Shown: positions 28,675 through 42,299 of the stretch, in pieces
Layout of the letters: every line of letters begins with the position of its first letter
How positions within the stretch are numbered: position 1 is the first letter of the stretch
Source: an uncultured Gammaproteobacteria bacterium
GTDB taxonomy: Bacteria; Pseudomonadota; Gammaproteobacteria; DRLM01
Assembly: GCA_963729605.1 (NCBI GenBank)
Contig: CAVSNY010000007.1
Span: 832,001 to 896,000 of the forward strand
Direction: 5' to 3'
Length of the DNA stretch: 64,000 nt
Notes under the pieces: model-generated
The model's input: the letters and a program-made list of their open reading frames with translations, nothing else
What the model was told of the DNA's origin: nothing
Databases searched by the model: none
Position numbers and translations under genes: made by a program

Positions 28675-30672
28675 ATGCCCGCGCGTAGAGAACTCGCTAA
28701 TGCCATCCGTGCCCTCAGCATGGATGCGGTGCAAAAGGCCAACTCCGGTCACCCCGGGGCGCCCATGGGAATGGCGGACATCGCCGAGGTGTTGTGGAAC
28801 GATTTCATGCATCACAACCCGGCCAATCCCGCGTGGCCCAACCGCGACCGCTTCGTGTTGTCCAACGGCCACGGCTCCATGCTGATTTATTCTTTGCTGC
28901 ACCTTACGGGCTACGACCTCGGCATCGAGGACCTGAAGCAGTTCCGCCAATTGCACTCGCGCACCCCCGGCCACCCCGAATACGGCTACACCCCCGGCGT
29001 CGAGACCACCACCGGCCCGCTGGGCCAGGGCATCACCAACGCGGTGGGCATGGCCATCGCCGAGAAGATGCTGGCCGGCCAGTTCAATCGTGACACTCAC
29101 AAGATCGTCGATCACTACACCTATGTGTTCATGGGCGACGGCTGCATGATGGAAGGCATTTCGCACGAGGCCTGCTCGCTGGCCGGCACGCTCGGCCTCG
29201 GCAAGTTAATCGCCTTCTGGGACGACAACGGCATCTCCATCGACGGTCACGTCGAAGGCTGGTTCACCGACGACACCCCGATGCGTTTTGAATCCTACGG
29301 CTGGCACGTGGTGCGCGGCGTGGACGGTCACGATAGCGAGGCCATCAAAAAGGCCATACAAGAGGCGCGTTCCGTCAACGACAAGCCCTCGCTGATCTGC
29401 ACCAAGACCGTGATCGGTTACGGCGCCCCCAACCTCTGCGGCAGCCACGATTGCCACGGCGCGCCGCTCGGCAACGACGAGATCGCGGCCACCCGTGAAA
29501 ACCTCGGCTGGAGTCACGCGCCGTTCACCGTGCCCGACGAGATCTACGCCGGCTGGAACGCGCGTGACAAGGGCGCCAAGGCCGAGGCCGCCTGGGCCGA
29601 GAAGTTCGCGAAATATAAAGCCGCCTTCCCCGATCTCGCCGCCGAGTTCGAGCGCCGCGTGATCAAGGGCGAACTGCCGAAGGACTGGGCCAACAAGGCC
29701 AAAGACTTCGTCGCCGCGTGCAACAGCAAGGCCGAGAAGATCGCCACCCGCAAGGCCTCACAGAACGCCATCAGCGCCTTCGCACCGGCCCTGCCCGAGA
29801 TCGTCGGCGGCTCCGCCGACCTCGCCGGCTCCAACCTGACCTTGTGGAAAGAGGCCAAGGGCATCAGCAACACCGTGTCCGACGGCAATTACATTTACTA
29901 CGGCGTGCGCGAGTTCGCGATGTCCGCCATCATGAACGGCATCGCGCTGCACGGCGGCTTCATCCCGTTCGGCGCCACCTTCCTCACCTTCTCCGACTAC
30001 GCCCGCAACGCGGTGCGCATGGCCGCTCTGATGAAGGTCCGCAGCATCTTCGTCTATACCCACGACTCCATCGGCCTCGGCGAAGACGGCCCCACCCATC
30101 AGCCCATCGAACACGTCGCGTCCCTGCGCATCATCCCGCACATGCATGTGTGGCGTCCCTGCGATACGGTGGAATCCGCGGTGGCCTGGCAATCGGCCAT
30201 CGAGCGCAAAGACGGCCCGAGCAGCCTGATCTTCTCGCGCCAAGCCTTGATTCCCAACCCGCGTAACGATCAGCAGATCGCCGACATCCGCCGCGGCGGC
30301 TACACCCTGGTGGACTGCCAGGGCGCGCCGCAGGCCATCATCATCTCCACCGGTTCCGAGGTGGAGATCGCCGTGGCCGCGGCCAAGGCGCTCAGCGACA
30401 ATGGCGTGAAAGTGCGCGTGGTGTCGATGCCCTGCACCAACATCTTCGACGCGCAGGACGCCGCCTACAAAGAAAGCGTGCTGCCGAAGAACGTGAAGGC
30501 GCGCGTCGCGATCGAAGCGGGGGTGTCCGAATACTGGACGCGCTTCGTCGGCGACCAGGGCAAGGTGATCGGCATCAATCGTTTCGGCGAATCCGCGCCG
30601 GCTCCCCTGTTGTACAAGGAGTTCGGCTTCACCGCGGAGAACGTGGTCAAGGCGGTGCAGGAACAACTGTAA
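28675..30672 (+). CDS. tkt: Transketolase
   Basis: [32 protein letters not shown] and [16 protein letters not shown]. Confidence 0.98.
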   Translation: MPARRELANAIRALSMDAVQKANSGHPGAPMGMADIAEVLWNDFMHHNPANPAWPNRDRFVLSNGHGSMLIYSLLHLTGYDLGIEDLKQFRQLHSRTPGHPEYGYTPGVETTTGPLGQGITNAVGMAIAEKMLAGQFNRDTHKIVDHYTYVFMGDGCMMEGISHEACSLAGTLGLGKLIAFWDDNGISIDGHVEGWFTDDTPMRFESYGWHVVRGVDGHDSEAIKKAIQEARSVNDKPSLICTKTVIGYGAPNLCGSHDCHGAPLGNDEIAATRENLGWSHAPFTVPDEIYAGWNARDKGAKAEAAWAEKFAKYKAAFPDLAAEFERRVIKGELPKDWANKAKDFVAACNSKAEKIATRKASQNAISAFAPALPEIVGGSADLAGSNLTLWKEAKGISNTVSDGNYIYYGVREFAMSAIMNGIALHGGFIPFGATFLTFSDYARNAVRMAALMKVRSIFVYTHDSIGLGEDGPTHQPIEHVASLRIIPHMHVWRPCDTVESAVAWQSAIERKDGPSSLIFSRQALIPNPRNDQQIADIRRGGYTLVDCQGAPQAIIISTGSEVEIAVAAAKALSDNGVKVRVVSMPCTNIFDAQDAAYKESVLPKNVKARVAIEAGVSEYWTRFVGDQGKVIGINRFGESAPAPLLYKEFGFTAENVVKAVQEQL

Positions 30673-30681
30673 GAATTTTTT

Positions 30682-30756
30682 CAACGCGAAGGCGCGAAAG
30701 ACGCGAAGATTTTTCGACTAATGATCTTGCTCTTCGCGTCTTAGCGCTTTGCGTTG
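30682..30756. repeat. Intergenic inverted repeat, 9-bp-period family
   Basis: CAACGCGAAGGCGCGAAAGACGCGAAGA...TCTTCGCGTCTTAGCGCTTTGCGTTG. Confidence 0.75.
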
Positions 30757-30777
30757 GACGTATTGATTTTTTAGTAA

Positions 30778-31794
<1,017 letters not shown>

Positions 31795-31802
31795 GCGAAA
31801 AA

Positions 31803-31890
31803 CCAACGCAGAGACGCGAAGGCGCGAAGGGTATGAATGGTGATTTTCATGACCGCTCTGTATTCTTCGCGTCTTGCGTCTTTGCGTTGG
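31803..31890. repeat. Intergenic inverted repeat, 9-bp-period family
   Basis: CCAACGCAGAGACGCGAAGGCGCGAAG...CTTCGCGTCTTGCGTCTTTGCGTTGG. Confidence 0.75.
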
Positions 31891-31961
31891 ATTTGTTTTT
31901 TGAGAGTCATGGGCTAAGGCCGCGGTCCTAGCCGATGATTCTTAAGTTATGAGGAGTAAGC

Positions 31962-33142
31962 ATGTCCGTAATTAAAATGACCGACCTCGATCTCGCCGGT
32001 AAGCGGGTGTTGATGCGCGAAGACCTCAACGTGCCGCTCAAGAACGGCCAGGTCGGCGACGATACGCGCATCCGTGCGTCGCTGCCGACGATACAGCGCG
32101 CGGCCAAGGCCGGCGCCAAGGTGATGGTGATGTCGCACCTCGGCCGTCCCGATGAAGGCGTCTACAGCGAAGAGAATTCGGTCAAGCCCGTCGCCGAGCA
32201 CCTGTCCAAGCTGCTGGGCCAGCCGGTGCGGGTGGTGAAGGATTATCTCGACGGCGTCGACGTCGCCGCCGGCGAGGTGGTGATGTTCGAGAACGTGCGC
32301 TTCAACAAGGGCGAAAAGAAAAACGCCGACGAGCTTTCCAAAAAATACGCCGCGCTGTGCGACGTGTTCGTGATGGACGCCTTCGGCACCGCCCATCGCG
32401 CCGAGGCCTCGACCCACGGCGTCGCCAAGTTCGCGGCGGTGGCCTGCGCCGGCCCGCTGCTGGCGGCCGAGTTGGAGGCGCTTGCCGCCGCGCTCGAAAA
32501 TCCCAAGCGGCCGCTGGTGGCGATCGTCGGCGGTTCGAAAGTTTCGACCAAACTCACCGTGCTGGAATCATTGTCGAAAGTCGTCGATCAGCTGATCGTC
32601 GGCGGCGGTATCGCCAACACCTTCATCGCCGCGGCCGGCAACAAAGTCGGTAAATCGCTTTGTGAAAACGATCTTGATTCCGCAGGCCAAGAAACTCACC
32701 GAGCAGGCGCGGGCCCGCGGAGGCGATATTCCGGTGCCGAGCGACGTGGTGTGCGGCAAAGCAATTCTCCGAATCGGCGTCCGCCGAGTTGAAGAAGGTG
32801 AGTGAAGTCACCGACGACGACATGATCTTCGACGTCGGTCCCGAGACCTCCAAGGAATTCGCCAAGATTTTGAAGAATGCCGGCACCATCGTCTGGAACG
32901 GCCCGGTGGGCGTGTTCGAGTTCGATCAGTTCGGCGAAGGCACCAAGGCCTTGGCCCAGGCCATCGCCGAGAGTCCGGCCTTTTCCATCGCCGGCGGCGG
33001 CGACACCCTGGCGGCGGTGGCCAAATACGGCATCGCCGACCAAGTGTCTTATATTTCTACGGGCGGCGGCGCCTTCCTGGAATTCCTGGAAGGCAAGAAG
33101 TTGCCCGCGGTGGCGATCTTGAAAGAGCGCGCCAAGGGTTAA
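31962..33142 (+). CDS. pgk: Phosphoglycerate kinase, split by two apparent +1 indels (~32674 and ~32759)
   Basis: [21 protein letters not shown] and GGSKVSTK in the first frame; WNGPVGVFE and [13 protein letters not shown] in another. Removing one T and one A restores one continuous frame. Confidence 0.9.
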
Positions 33143-33245
33143 AGAAAGAGACGTTCGCGTCATTACATTTATTATTCAGGAGGCAGCTCACTAGCGGTGA
33201 AAAGCGTCCCTCGTGCGAGGCGCCGTCCGCGACAGTGACATATCT

Positions 33246-34691
33246 ATGTTGAGAAGAACGAAAATAGTGGCCACCCTTGGGCCCGCCACCGACGACCCCA
33301 AGGCCTTGGACGGAATCATTCAAGCCGGCGTGGACGTGGTGCGCATCAATTTTTCCCACGGCGAACCGGCCGAGCACCAGCGGCGGGTGGAGGCGGTGCG
33401 CAACCGCGCCCGCGCCCATGGACGCCAAGTGGGCGTGCTGGCGGATTTGCAAGGCCCCAAGATCCGGATCGACCGTTTCAAGGACGGGTCCGTCATCCTG
33501 GCCGAGGGCGAGCAATTCGTGCTGGACGCCAATTGGTCCGCCACCGATGGCAACCGGGAACGGGTCGGCCTCACCTATAAAGAACTGCCCAACGACGTGA
33601 ACCGCGGCGACACCTTGTTGCTCGACGACGGCCGCATCGTGTTGTGGGTGGAGAAGGTGGAAGGCGGCGAGATCGTCTGCAAGGTGATGGTCGGCGGCAA
33701 ACTTTCCAACAATAAAGGCATCAACCGCCAAGGCGGCGGCCTGTCCGCGGCGGCGCTCACCGACAAGGACATCGCCGACATCAAAACCGCGGCGGCCTTG
33801 GAGGCCGATTACCTGGCGGTGTCGTTTCCGCGCTGCGCCGACGACATCCACCTCGCCCGCAAATTATTGCGCGAGGCCGGCGGCCAGGGCGACATCGTCG
33901 CCAAGATCGAACGGGCCGAGGCGGTGCAGGCCATCGAGGAAATTCTCGCCGCCACCGACGCGGTGATGGTCGCCCGCGGCGATCTCGGCGTGGAAATCGG
34001 CGACGCGGAATTGCCGGCGGTGCAAAAAAACATCATCCGGCTGGCCCGTTCCATGAACCGGGTGGTGATCACCGCCACCCAGATGATGGAGTCGATGATC
34101 GAAAATCCCATCCCGACCCGCGCCGAGGTGTTCGACGTGGCCAACGCGGTGCTGGACGGCACCGACGCGGTGATGCTCTCGGCCGAGACCGCGGCCGGCA
34201 AATACCCGGTGAAGGCCGTCGCGGCCATGGACCGCATCTGCCGCGAGGCGGAGAAGCAGCCGACCGCGATGATCTCCGATCATCGCTTGAACACCCGGTT
34301 CGGCCGCACCGACGAGGCCATCGCCATGGCCGCCATGTACACCGCCAATCATTTGGGGGTGCGCGCCATCGCCACCTTGACCGAATCCGGTTCCACGCCC
34401 TTGTGGATGTCGCGAATCAGCTCCGGTATCCCCATTTACGCGTTGACGCCCCATGTCGCGACCCGTAGAAAAGTCACCCTCTACCGCGGCGTGTACCCCG
34501 TGAGCTTCAAGGTGGAAACCACCAACCACGCCGTGGTGAACAAAGAAGCGGTCGATGAGTTGGTGCGGCGCGGCGCGGTGCGCGACGGCGACCTGGTGAT
34601 CATCACCAAGGGCGATCTGATGGGCGTGCACGGCGGGACCAACGCCATGAAGATCGTGCGGGTCGGCGACATGCTCACGGGTTCGGATTGA
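33246..34691 (+). CDS. pyk: Pyruvate kinase
   Basis: [36 protein letters not shown] and [13 protein letters not shown]. Confidence 0.97.
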   Translation: MLRRTKIVATLGPATDDPKALDGIIQAGVDVVRINFSHGEPAEHQRRVEAVRNRARAHGRQVGVLADLQGPKIRIDRFKDGSVILAEGEQFVLDANWSATDGNRERVGLTYKELPNDVNRGDTLLLDDGRIVLWVEKVEGGEIVCKVMVGGKLSNNKGINRQGGGLSAAALTDKDIADIKTAAALEADYLAVSFPRCADDIHLARKLLREAGGQGDIVAKIERAEAVQAIEEILAATDAVMVARGDLGVEIGDAELPAVQKNIIRLARSMNRVVITATQMMESMIENPIPTRAEVFDVANAVLDGTDAVMLSAETAAGKYPVKAVAAMDRICREAEKQPTAMISDHRLNTRFGRTDEAIAMAAMYTANHLGVRAIATLTESGSTPLWMSRISSGIPIYALTPHVATRRKVTLYRGVYPVSFKVETTNHAVVNKEAVDELVRRGAVRDGDLVIITKGDLMGVHGGTNAMKIVRVGDMLTGSD

Positions 34692-34781
34692 ACCCGGCGC
34701 CATCCCGCCGAGCGAGTTTTTTTATTTTGTTAAAGCGTTAAAATCGATTACCAAACCGACCTTACTGAGGAGATTACGATT

Positions 34782-35846
34782 ATGGCCCTGATATCTTTGC
34801 GCCAGCTCTTGGATCACGCGGCGGAACACAGCTACGGCGTCCCCGCGTTCAACGTGAACAATCTCGAGCAGATGCGCGCCATCATGGAGGCCGCGGACGA
34901 GACCGACAGCCCGGTGATCGTGCAGGCCTCGGCCGGCGCGCGCAAATACGCCGGAGCGCCTTTCCTGCGCCACTTGATCCTGGCCGCCGTCGAAGAGTGG
35001 CCGGAAATCCCGGTGGTCATGCACCAGGATCACGGCGTCAGTCCGGCGGTGTGCCAGCGCTCCATCCAGCTCGGCTTCACCTCGGTGATGATGGACGGCT
35101 CCTTGAAGGAAGACGGCAAGACCCCCGCCTCCTACGAATACAACGTCGAAGTGACCCGCAAGGCCGTCGAAATGGCCCACGCCTGCGGCGTGTCGGTCGA
35201 AGGCGAGCTGGGTTGCCTGGGTTCGCTCGAAACCGGCATGGCCGGTGAAGAGGACGGCATCGGCGCCGAAGGCACCTTGGATCACAGCCAGCTGCTGACC
35301 GATCCGGAAGAGGCCGCCGACTTCGTCAAGAAGACCCATGTCGACGCATTGGCCATCGCCATCGGCACCAGCCACGGTGCCTATAAATTCACCCGTCCGC
35401 CCACCGGCGACATCCTCGCCATCGGCCGCATCAAGGAGATTCACGCCCGCATCCCCAACACCCATCTGGTGATGCACGGTTCATCCTCGGTGCCGCAGGA
35501 ATGGCTGAAGATCATCAACAGCTACGGCGGCGACATGGGCGAGACCTACGGCGTGCCGGTCGAGGAAATCGTCGAGGGCATCAAGCACGGCGTACGCAAG
35601 GTCAACATCGACACCGACCTGCGCATGGCGTCCACCGGCGCGATGCGCAAGGCCATGGCCGACAATCCCAAGGAATTCGATCCGCGCAAGTTCTTCGCCG
35701 CCACCATCAAGGCGATGAAGGACATCGTCAAGGCCCGTTACGAAGCCTTCGGCACCGCCGGCAATGCCTCCAAGATCAAGCCGCTCAATCTCGAGCAGAT
35801 GGTCAAGCGTTACGACAAGGGCGAGTTGGCGCCCAAGGTCAATTGA
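34782..35846 (+). CDS. fba: Fructose-bisphosphate aldolase class II (CbbA-like)
   Basis: [28 protein letters not shown] and VMHGSSSVP. Confidence 0.97.
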   Translation: MALISLRQLLDHAAEHSYGVPAFNVNNLEQMRAIMEAADETDSPVIVQASAGARKYAGAPFLRHLILAAVEEWPEIPVVMHQDHGVSPAVCQRSIQLGFTSVMMDGSLKEDGKTPASYEYNVEVTRKAVEMAHACGVSVEGELGCLGSLETGMAGEEDGIGAEGTLDHSQLLTDPEEAADFVKKTHVDALAIAIGTSHGAYKFTRPPTGDILAIGRIKEIHARIPNTHLVMHGSSSVPQEWLKIINSYGGDMGETYGVPVEEIVEGIKHGVRKVNIDTDLRMASTGAMRKAMADNPKEFDPRKFFAATIKAMKDIVKARYEAFGTAGNASKIKPLNLEQMVKRYDKGELAPKVN

Positions 35847-35866
35847 TGTAACGCGGTAGTTCGGTT

Positions 35867-35896
35867 AAAAGGCGGGCCGAGTGCCCGCCTTTTTTT
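35867..35896. terminator. Bidirectional rho-independent terminator
   Basis: AAAAGGCGGGC-CGAGT-GCCCGCCTTTTTTT. Confidence 0.85.
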
Positions 35897-36263
35897 ATGG
35901 CGCGATGGATGGAATATAAAATTTAATCACGGTGGCGAAGAAAAGATTAAAGCGATGTTAGGGCTAGAGCACGCCGCTTTCCAGCTCCCGCAGATAGATA
36001 AAATCCGGGGTTTTCACGCCCGCATTGCCTTTGATTCCCACCGATTCGGGAGACTCGAAGAAACGCCGGGCATGCTCCAGTGAGGACCACGCCGAGAAGT
36101 GGGCGATGTTGTTCGCGCCATTATCTTATCGCGGCAACGGGTAGCTGATTTCTCCGGCAGGTTTTCGAATATCCGCCGCTGGGTCGAAAATCGCTTTCCA
36201 CGCCGGATAGGCCTCGACTTCACGGATGATTAAAACCTAGTGCATCCGCGCGTCCGGCGGCGG

Positions 36264-37274
36264 TTACGGCTGGCGGTAATACTCGCGATACCACGCGACG
36301 AAGTTGGCGATGCCCGTTTCGATCGGCGTGTCCGGTTTGAAACCGACGTCGTGCATCAAGGCGTCGATGTCCGCGTAAGTGGCGGGTACGTCGCCCTGCT
36401 GCAAGGGCAGCATGTTCATCTCGGCCTTTTTGCCCAGGCATTGCTCCATGACTTCGATGTAACGCATCAGTTCCACCGGCTGGTTGTTGCCGATGTTGTA
36501 GAGGCGATAGGGCGCGCGGCTGCTGGCGGAATCGACCGCGTCGCCGTTCCAGTCGGGATTCGGCGCGGCGACCTTGTCGAGGGTGCGCATCACGCCTTCG
36601 ACGATGTCGTCGATGTAGGTGAAGTCGCGCTTGTGCCGGCCGTGGTTGAAGACGTCGATCGGCTTACCTTCGAGGATATTCTTGGTGAACATGAACAGCG
36701 CCATGTCCGGCCGGCCCCACGGGCCGTACACGGTGAAGAAACGCAGGCCGGTGGTCGGCAGATCGTAAAGATGGCTGTAAGTATGGGCCATCAATTCGTT
36801 GGCCTTTTTGGTGGCGGCGTAGAGGCTCACCGGGTGATCGACGTTGTGGTGCACCGAGAATGGCATATTGGTGTTGGCGCCGTACACCGAGCTGGTCGAG
36901 GCGTAGACCAGGTGTTCGACGCCGTGATGGCGGCAGCCTTCGAGGATGTTGAGAAAGCCCACCACGTTGCTTTCGACATACACGTGCGGATTTTCGATGG
37001 AGTAACGCACGCCGGCCTGGGCGGCGAGATTCACCACGCGCTGCGGCCGATGCTTGGCGAAGACGGCCTCGATGGCGTCGCGATCTTCCAGGCTCGCCCG
37101 CACATCGGTGAAATTTCGATGGGCGGTGGCGCGCGCCAGCCGGGCCTTTTTCAGATTGACGTCGTAGTAGTCGTTGAGGTTGTCGATGCCGATCACCTCG
37201 TCGCCGCGCGCCAGTAATTTAAGGGCGAGGGCGTTGCCGATGAAGCCGGCGGTGCCTGTTACAAGTATTTTCAT
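36264..37274 (-). CDS. NAD-dependent epimerase (UDP-glucuronate 4-epimerase/CapI-like)
   Basis: [27 protein letters not shown] and [15 protein letters not shown]; start placed at MKILVTG. Confidence 0.93.
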   Translation of the reverse strand: MKILVTGTAGFIGNALALKLLARGDEVIGIDNLNDYYDVNLKKARLARATAHRNFTDVRASLEDRDAIEAVFAKHRPQRVVNLAAQAGVRYSIENPHVYVESNVVGFLNILEGCRHHGVEHLVYASTSSVYGANTNMPFSVHHNVDHPVSLYAATKKANELMAHTYSHLYDLPTTGLRFFTVYGPWGRPDMALFMFTKNILEGKPIDVFNHGRHKRDFTYIDDIVEGVMRTLDKVAAPNPDWNGDAVDSASSRAPYRLYNIGNNQPVELMRYIEVMEQCLGKKAEMNMLPLQQGDVPATYADIDALMHDVGFKPDTPIETGIANFVAWYREYYRQP

Positions 37275-37324
37275 CGCGTCTCTTTTCAGTGGGGCGGCCG
37301 GCATCACGCCGGCCGCCTGATGTG

Positions 37325-38605
37325 TTACAGCCGGTCGTCGACCTGGTCGGCGGGCAGGATGCCTTTGACGTCGAACAACACATGATTGGGTTTGCCGAGC
37401 TTGCGGATGGCCTGAGTGCCCATCTCGAGGAATTGGCGATGAGACACGGCCACGATCACCGCGTCGTATTGGCCGTTCTTGAGCTGCGGGATCAGGGTCA
37501 GGCCGTTGTATTCGTGTTTGACTTCCTCGGGGTTGGCCCAAGGATCGTAGATGTCCACCTGGGCGTGATAACCCTCCAGTTCATGGATGATGTCGATGGC
37601 GCGGGTATTGCGGATGTCGGGGCAGTTTTCCTTGAAGGTCAGGCCCAGCACCAGCACCTTGGCGTCTACCACCGGCACGCGGCGGCGGGTCATCATTTTC
37701 ACCACCCGCTCGGCGACGTGGGCGCCCATGTTGTCGTTGATGCGGCGGCCGGCGAGGATGATCTCGGGGTTGTAGCCGATCTCCTGCGCCTTATGGGTGA
37801 GATAGTAAGGATCGACGCCGATGCAATGGCCGCCGACCAGGCCGGGACGGAAGGGCAGGAAATTCCACTTGCTGCCGGCCGCCTCCAGCACCTCGAGCGT
37901 GTCGATGCCCATGCGGTGGAACAACAACGCCAGTTCGTTGATGAGGGCGATGTTGACGTCGCGCTGGGTGTTCTCGATGACTTTCGCCGCCTCGGCGACG
38001 CGGATGCTGCTGGCCTTGTGGGTGCCGACGGTAATCACGCGCCGGTACACGGCGTCTACGTAATCCGCCGTTTCGGGCGTGGAACCGGACGTGACCTTGA
38101 CGATGTTGGTGACCCGGTGCTGCTTGTCGCCGGGGTTGATGCGTTCGGGGCTGTAGCCGACGAAGAAGTCCTGGTTGAATTTCAGACCCGACTCGCGTTC
38201 GAGGATGGGCACGCAATCTTCCTCGGTGCAACCGGGATAGACGGTGGACTCGTATACCACCACGTCGCCTTTTTTAAGCGTCTTGCCCACGGTGTGGCTG
38301 GCGCTGAGCAAAGGAGTCAGATCGGGGCGTTTGTGCTTGTCGATGGGGGTCGGCACGGTGACGATGTAGAAATTGCAGTCTTCCAAGGCGGCGATATCGG
38401 TGGTGACCGTCAGTTGGGTGGCCTCGGCCAATTCGTGGGGTTCCACTTCCAGCGAGCTGTCCTTGCCGGCCTTGAGTTCGGCGATGCGCGCCTTGTTGAT
38501 GTCGAAGCCGGTGACCGGCAGGTGCTTGGCGAACTCCACGGCCAGCGGCAGGCCGACGTAACCCAAACCGATGACGCCGATTTTAGTGTTGTTGATGTCG
38601 AACAT
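37325..38605 (-). CDS. tviB: UDP-N-acetyl-D-glucosamine/galactosamine 6-dehydrogenase (TviB/WbpO-like)
   Basis: [35 protein letters not shown] and [10 protein letters not shown]. Confidence 0.9.
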   Translation of the reverse strand: MFDINNTKIGVIGLGYVGLPLAVEFAKHLPVTGFDINKARIAELKAGKDSSLEVEPHELAEATQLTVTTDIAALEDCNFYIVTVPTPIDKHKRPDLTPLLSASHTVGKTLKKGDVVVYESTVYPGCTEEDCVPILERESGLKFNQDFFVGYSPERINPGDKQHRVTNIVKVTSGSTPETADYVDAVYRRVITVGTHKASSIRVAEAAKVIENTQRDVNIALINELALLFHRMGIDTLEVLEAAGSKWNFLPFRPGLVGGHCIGVDPYYLTHKAQEIGYNPEIILAGRRINDNMGAHVAERVVKMMTRRRVPVVDAKVLVLGLTFKENCPDIRNTRAIDIIHELEGYHAQVDIYDPWANPEEVKHEYNGLTLIPQLKNGQYDAVIVAVSHRQFLEMGTQAIRKLGKPNHVLFDVKGILPADQVDDRL

Positions 38606-38633
38606 ATGCTTAATTCACCTCGTGGGGCAGAGA

Positions 38634-39959
38634 TCAGTGACCCCTGCCGATGGCGTAATACGTAAAGCCTTCTTGCTCCGCCAGGGCGGGGTCGTACAAG
38701 TTGCGGCCATCGAAGATGACGGGCTGTTTGAGCTTTAACTTGAGGGCGGCGAAATCGGGACTGCGGAATAGATTCCATTCGGTGCAGATCACCAGGGCGT
38801 CGGCGCCGTTCAGCGCGTCGGCGGCGGTTTCGCACAAACTCAAGTCGTCCCGTTCACCGTAGATGCGCGCCGTCTCTTCCATGGCGGCGGGGTCGTGGGC
38901 CTGCACGCGCGCGCCGGCGGCCCACAGCGCTTCCATCAGCACCCGGCTGGGAGCCTCGCGCATGTCGTCGGTGTTGGGTTTAAACGCGAGGCCCCAAACG
39001 GCGAAGGTGCGGCCCTTGAGGTCCGCGCCGAAGTGGCGGGTGATTTTGTTGAACAACACGTGTTTTTGCCGTTCGTTGACCGCCTCCACCGCTCGCAGCA
39101 GTTCGGCCTGGTATTCCACGTTGCGCGCGGTGCGTTCCAGCGCCTTCACGTCCTTGGGGAAGCAGGAACCGCCGTAGCCGCAGCCGGGGTAGATGAAGTG
39201 GTAGCCGATGCGCGGATCGGCGCCGATACCCACCCGCACCTGCTCGATGTCGGCGCCGAGGCGTTCCGACAGATTGGCTAGCTCGTTCATGAAACTGATC
39301 TTGGTGGCGAGCATGGCGTTGGCGGCGTATTTGGTCAGCTCCGCGGAGCGGATGTCCATGGCGATGACGCGGTCGCGGTTGCGGTTGAAGGGTGAATAGA
39401 GCACCCGCAGCAATTCGGTGGTGCGCGGGTTGTCGGTGCCGACGATGATGCGGTCGGGGCGCATGAAGTCGTCGATGGCCGCGCCTTCTTTGAGAAATTC
39501 CGGGTTGGAGACCACGTCGAATTCGAAGTGCGCGCCGCGCTGTTTGAGCGCCGCGCCCACCGATTCGCGCACGCGGTCGGCGGTGCCGACCGGCACCGTG
39601 GATTTATTGACCACGATGCGGTATTCGGTCATGTGGCCGCCGATGCGGTTGGCGACTTCCAGTACATGTTTGAGATCGGCGGAGCCGTCTTCGTCGGGGG
39701 GCGTGCCCACCGCGATGAACTGGAATAAACCGTGGGCCACCCCGGCGGCGATGTCGGTGGTGAAGGTCAGGCGGCCGGCCTCGGCGTTTTTCTTGACTAG
39801 ATCGTCCAAGCCGGGCTCGTAGATGGGGATGCGTCCTTCCTTGAGCATGGCGATCTTGCGTTCGTCGATATCGACGCACAGCACTTGATTGCCCACCTCG
39901 GCAAGACAGGCGCCGGTGACGAGGCCGACGTAACCGGAACCGAAAATGGTGACTTTCAT
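38634..39959 (-). CDS. ugd: UDP-glucose 6-dehydrogenase
   Basis: [34 protein letters not shown] and [12 protein letters not shown]. Confidence 0.95.
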   Translation of the reverse strand: MKVTIFGSGYVGLVTGACLAEVGNQVLCVDIDERKIAMLKEGRIPIYEPGLDDLVKKNAEAGRLTFTTDIAAGVAHGLFQFIAVGTPPDEDGSADLKHVLEVANRIGGHMTEYRIVVNKSTVPVGTADRVRESVGAALKQRGAHFEFDVVSNPEFLKEGAAIDDFMRPDRIIVGTDNPRTTELLRVLYSPFNRNRDRVIAMDIRSAELTKYAANAMLATKISFMNELANLSERLGADIEQVRVGIGADPRIGYHFIYPGCGYGGSCFPKDVKALERTARNVEYQAELLRAVEAVNERQKHVLFNKITRHFGADLKGRTFAVWGLAFKPNTDDMREAPSRVLMEALWAAGARVQAHDPAAMEETARIYGERDDLSLCETAADALNGADALVICTEWNLFRSPDFAALKLKLKQPVIFDGRNLYDPALAEQEGFTYYAIGRGH

Positions 39960-40099
39960 GGTATTTGCGCTAGCCAGTTGAGGGTAAAAAATGCCAGTAT
40001 ATTACATTGTTGCGTTGGCGGCGTAAGCCGCCGCAGAATAACAGAAAGGCAGCAGTGCGTCATCCGTCCCCTCCATTGCCGCGCACCAGCGCGTAAATT

Positions 40100-40630
40100 T
40101 TGTCCGGTGAACGGCCGTTATACTGCCATGGGAATTTGCCTGGGGTAACACTGGCCGTGCGGAGCGCATTGTATAACTTGCTGGAGTATCCGGGATTCCG
40201 GGAAGAAGTGTTGTGGCAAACCCGCCGTCTGGGCCCCAACCATACCGTCTTTGCCGAAGGTGAGCGTAGCCGGGAGGTCTATTTGATTCTGGCCGGCGCG
40301 GTACGCGTAGTGGGCAACGTGGACTTGGACGAGCATCGCCAGGTGCATCCCGGATTCAGTGAATTGGGCGAGGGGCAACTCTTCGGGGAAATGCCCTTGT
40401 TCGACGGCGAGCCCCGCTCGGCGACGGTGGTGACCTTGTCCGACTGCGAGCTGGCGGTGATGGACGGCGACCGGCTGATGGTGTTTCTGGATGCCCACCC
40501 GGATTTGGGCTATCCCATCTACAAAGAACTCATTCATTCCATGGTAGGGCGCTTGAGGCGGGCGAACAAACGGATTTTTTCCCTGTTCGCCTGGGGGCTC
40601 AAGATGCGAGGGATCGATCAGCATTTGTAA
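40100..40630 (+). CDS. Stand-alone cyclic nucleotide-binding domain protein (start uncertain)
   Basis: VFAEGE...VYLILAGAVRV...LGEGQLFGEMPLFDGEPRSATVVT cNMP cassette; no C-terminal HTH. Confidence 0.8.
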   Translation: MSGERPLYCHGNLPGVTLAVRSALYNLLEYPGFREEVLWQTRRLGPNHTVFAEGERSREVYLILAGAVRVVGNVDLDEHRQVHPGFSELGEGQLFGEMPLFDGEPRSATVVTLSDCELAVMDGDRLMVFLDAHPDLGYPIYKELIHSMVGRLRRANKRIFSLFAWGLKMRGIDQHL

Positions 40631-40823
40631 GCGCCATGTTTGGTTAAACTGACTGGGCGCGGCGGCTTGGCCCGGCGCGTCGAATTTTTATCGGGGGCGG
40701 GTCCGCGGTGGCTGGCCAAGGGCGCGGACCGAATAGGGAGTACGGAATGACCATGCGCACTGGGAGGACGGTGGGCGTTAAGTGGGAACCCGCGGCACGG
40801 TCGCGGCGTTGCGGGGGTATGGC

Positions 40824-42218
40824 GTGATCAAGGTGTTCGGCCATTACATCCCGCGTTCCTTCATCATACTCGGCCTGATCGAGTTCGGGCTGCTCATCTG
40901 CGCCGTCTATGTCGGCGTCTGGCTGCGTTTCCGGAATGCGCCGCTGGAGATTGTGGAAGTCGAACCGGTGGCGCTCAAGGCCTTTTTGTTCGCCGGGGTG
41001 ATGATTTTCACCATGACCGCGGTGGGCCTCTATCAGCGCAATTTCCGCGAAGGGCTGGGCGGCATGCTGCTGCGGGTGGCGCTCAGCGCGGTGTTGAGCC
41101 TGATCGTCATGACCGTGTTGTTTTATCTGTTCCCTTCGGTATTTCTCGGCCGTGGCGCCTTCGGTATCGCCTTTTTTACCGCCGTGGTGAGCGTGGCGGC
41201 GGCGCGGGCGTTATTCTTTCGGGTGGCGGATCAAGAGGCCCTCAAACGCCGGATATTGGTGTTGGGCGCGGGCAAACGGGCCGAGCACATTTCGATGTTG
41301 CGCCGCAAATCCGACCGCCGCGGTTATCACGTCGTCGGTTTTGTGCACGTGCCCGGCGAACACGACGTGGTGGAGGCCGAGTTGGTGATCCGCCGCGACA
41401 CCACCCTGTTGGAGCTCGCCCAACAGCGCCGGGTGGACGAGATCGTGGTGGCGGTAGAAGACCGCCGCAAGAATTTTCCCGTACATGAAATCCTCGATTG
41501 CCGGATGGCGGGCATCGAGGTGTTGGACATCCTTTCTTTCCTGGAACGGCAAATGGGCCGGGTGATGCTCAATCTGCTCCACCCCAGCTGGCTGATTTTT
41601 TCCGACGGGTTTCGCTACGGCATGGTGCGGGTGGTGACCAAACGGGCTTTCGATGTCGCCGCGAGTTCGGCGGTGTTGCTGGTTACCTGGCCGTTGATGG
41701 TGCTGGCGGCCCTGGCCATTTATCTCGAGAGCGGTTTCCGCGGCCCGATTTTTTACCGGCAGGTGCGGGTGGGCGAGAATTGGCGCCTGTTTCAGTTGAC
41801 CAAGTTCCGCAGCATGCGGGTGGACGCCGAGTCGGACGGCGTGGCGCGCTGGGCGCAGAAGAACGACAACCGGGTGACGCGGGTCGGTGCGTTCATGCGC
41901 AAGACCCGCATCGATGAACTGCCCCAGTTGTTCAATGTGCTGATGGGGGATATGAGTTTCGTCGGCCCCCGCCCGGAGCGGCCCATCTTCGTTGAACAGC
42001 TTTCGGAAAAAATCCCTTTTTACGCCGAACGGCACCGGGTCAAACCGGGCATCACCGGTTGGGCGCAGATATGTTATCCCTACGGGGCTTCGGAGGAAGA
42101 TGCCGCGCAAAAGCTCCAGTTCGATTTGTATTATGTGAAAAACTACAGCCTCTTTCTCGATCTCTTGATTCTGTTGCAGACCGCGGAAGTGGTGATTTGG
42201 GGGCGAGGCGCCCGCTGA
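40824..42218 (+). CDS. TIGR03013-type PEP-CTERM system polyprenyl glycosylphosphotransferase
   Basis: N-terminal TM helices, [37 protein letters not shown] and [10 protein letters not shown]; directly upstream of prsK. Confidence 0.9.
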   Translation: MIKVFGHYIPRSFIILGLIEFGLLICAVYVGVWLRFRNAPLEIVEVEPVALKAFLFAGVMIFTMTAVGLYQRNFREGLGGMLLRVALSAVLSLIVMTVLFYLFPSVFLGRGAFGIAFFTAVVSVAAARALFFRVADQEALKRRILVLGAGKRAEHISMLRRKSDRRGYHVVGFVHVPGEHDVVEAELVIRRDTTLLELAQQRRVDEIVVAVEDRRKNFPVHEILDCRMAGIEVLDILSFLERQMGRVMLNLLHPSWLIFSDGFRYGMVRVVTKRAFDVAASSAVLLVTWPLMVLAALAIYLESGFRGPIFYRQVRVGENWRLFQLTKFRSMRVDAESDGVARWAQKNDNRVTRVGAFMRKTRIDELPQLFNVLMGDMSFVGPRPERPIFVEQLSEKIPFYAERHRVKPGITGWAQICYPYGASEEDAAQKLQFDLYYVKNYSLFLDLLILLQTAEVVIWGRGAR

Positions 42219-42299
42219 CACCCGGCCATGGGGACAGCGATGGGCCGCCGTGATCATGCCGGGCGGGGATGAGCGTGGGCGGGAACGGAAGCGGGGATC

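Noticed and set aside
35900-36260. Small gene between fba and the epimerase (36014-36223)
   Set aside because: No RBS, motif or plausible composition; treated as non-coding.
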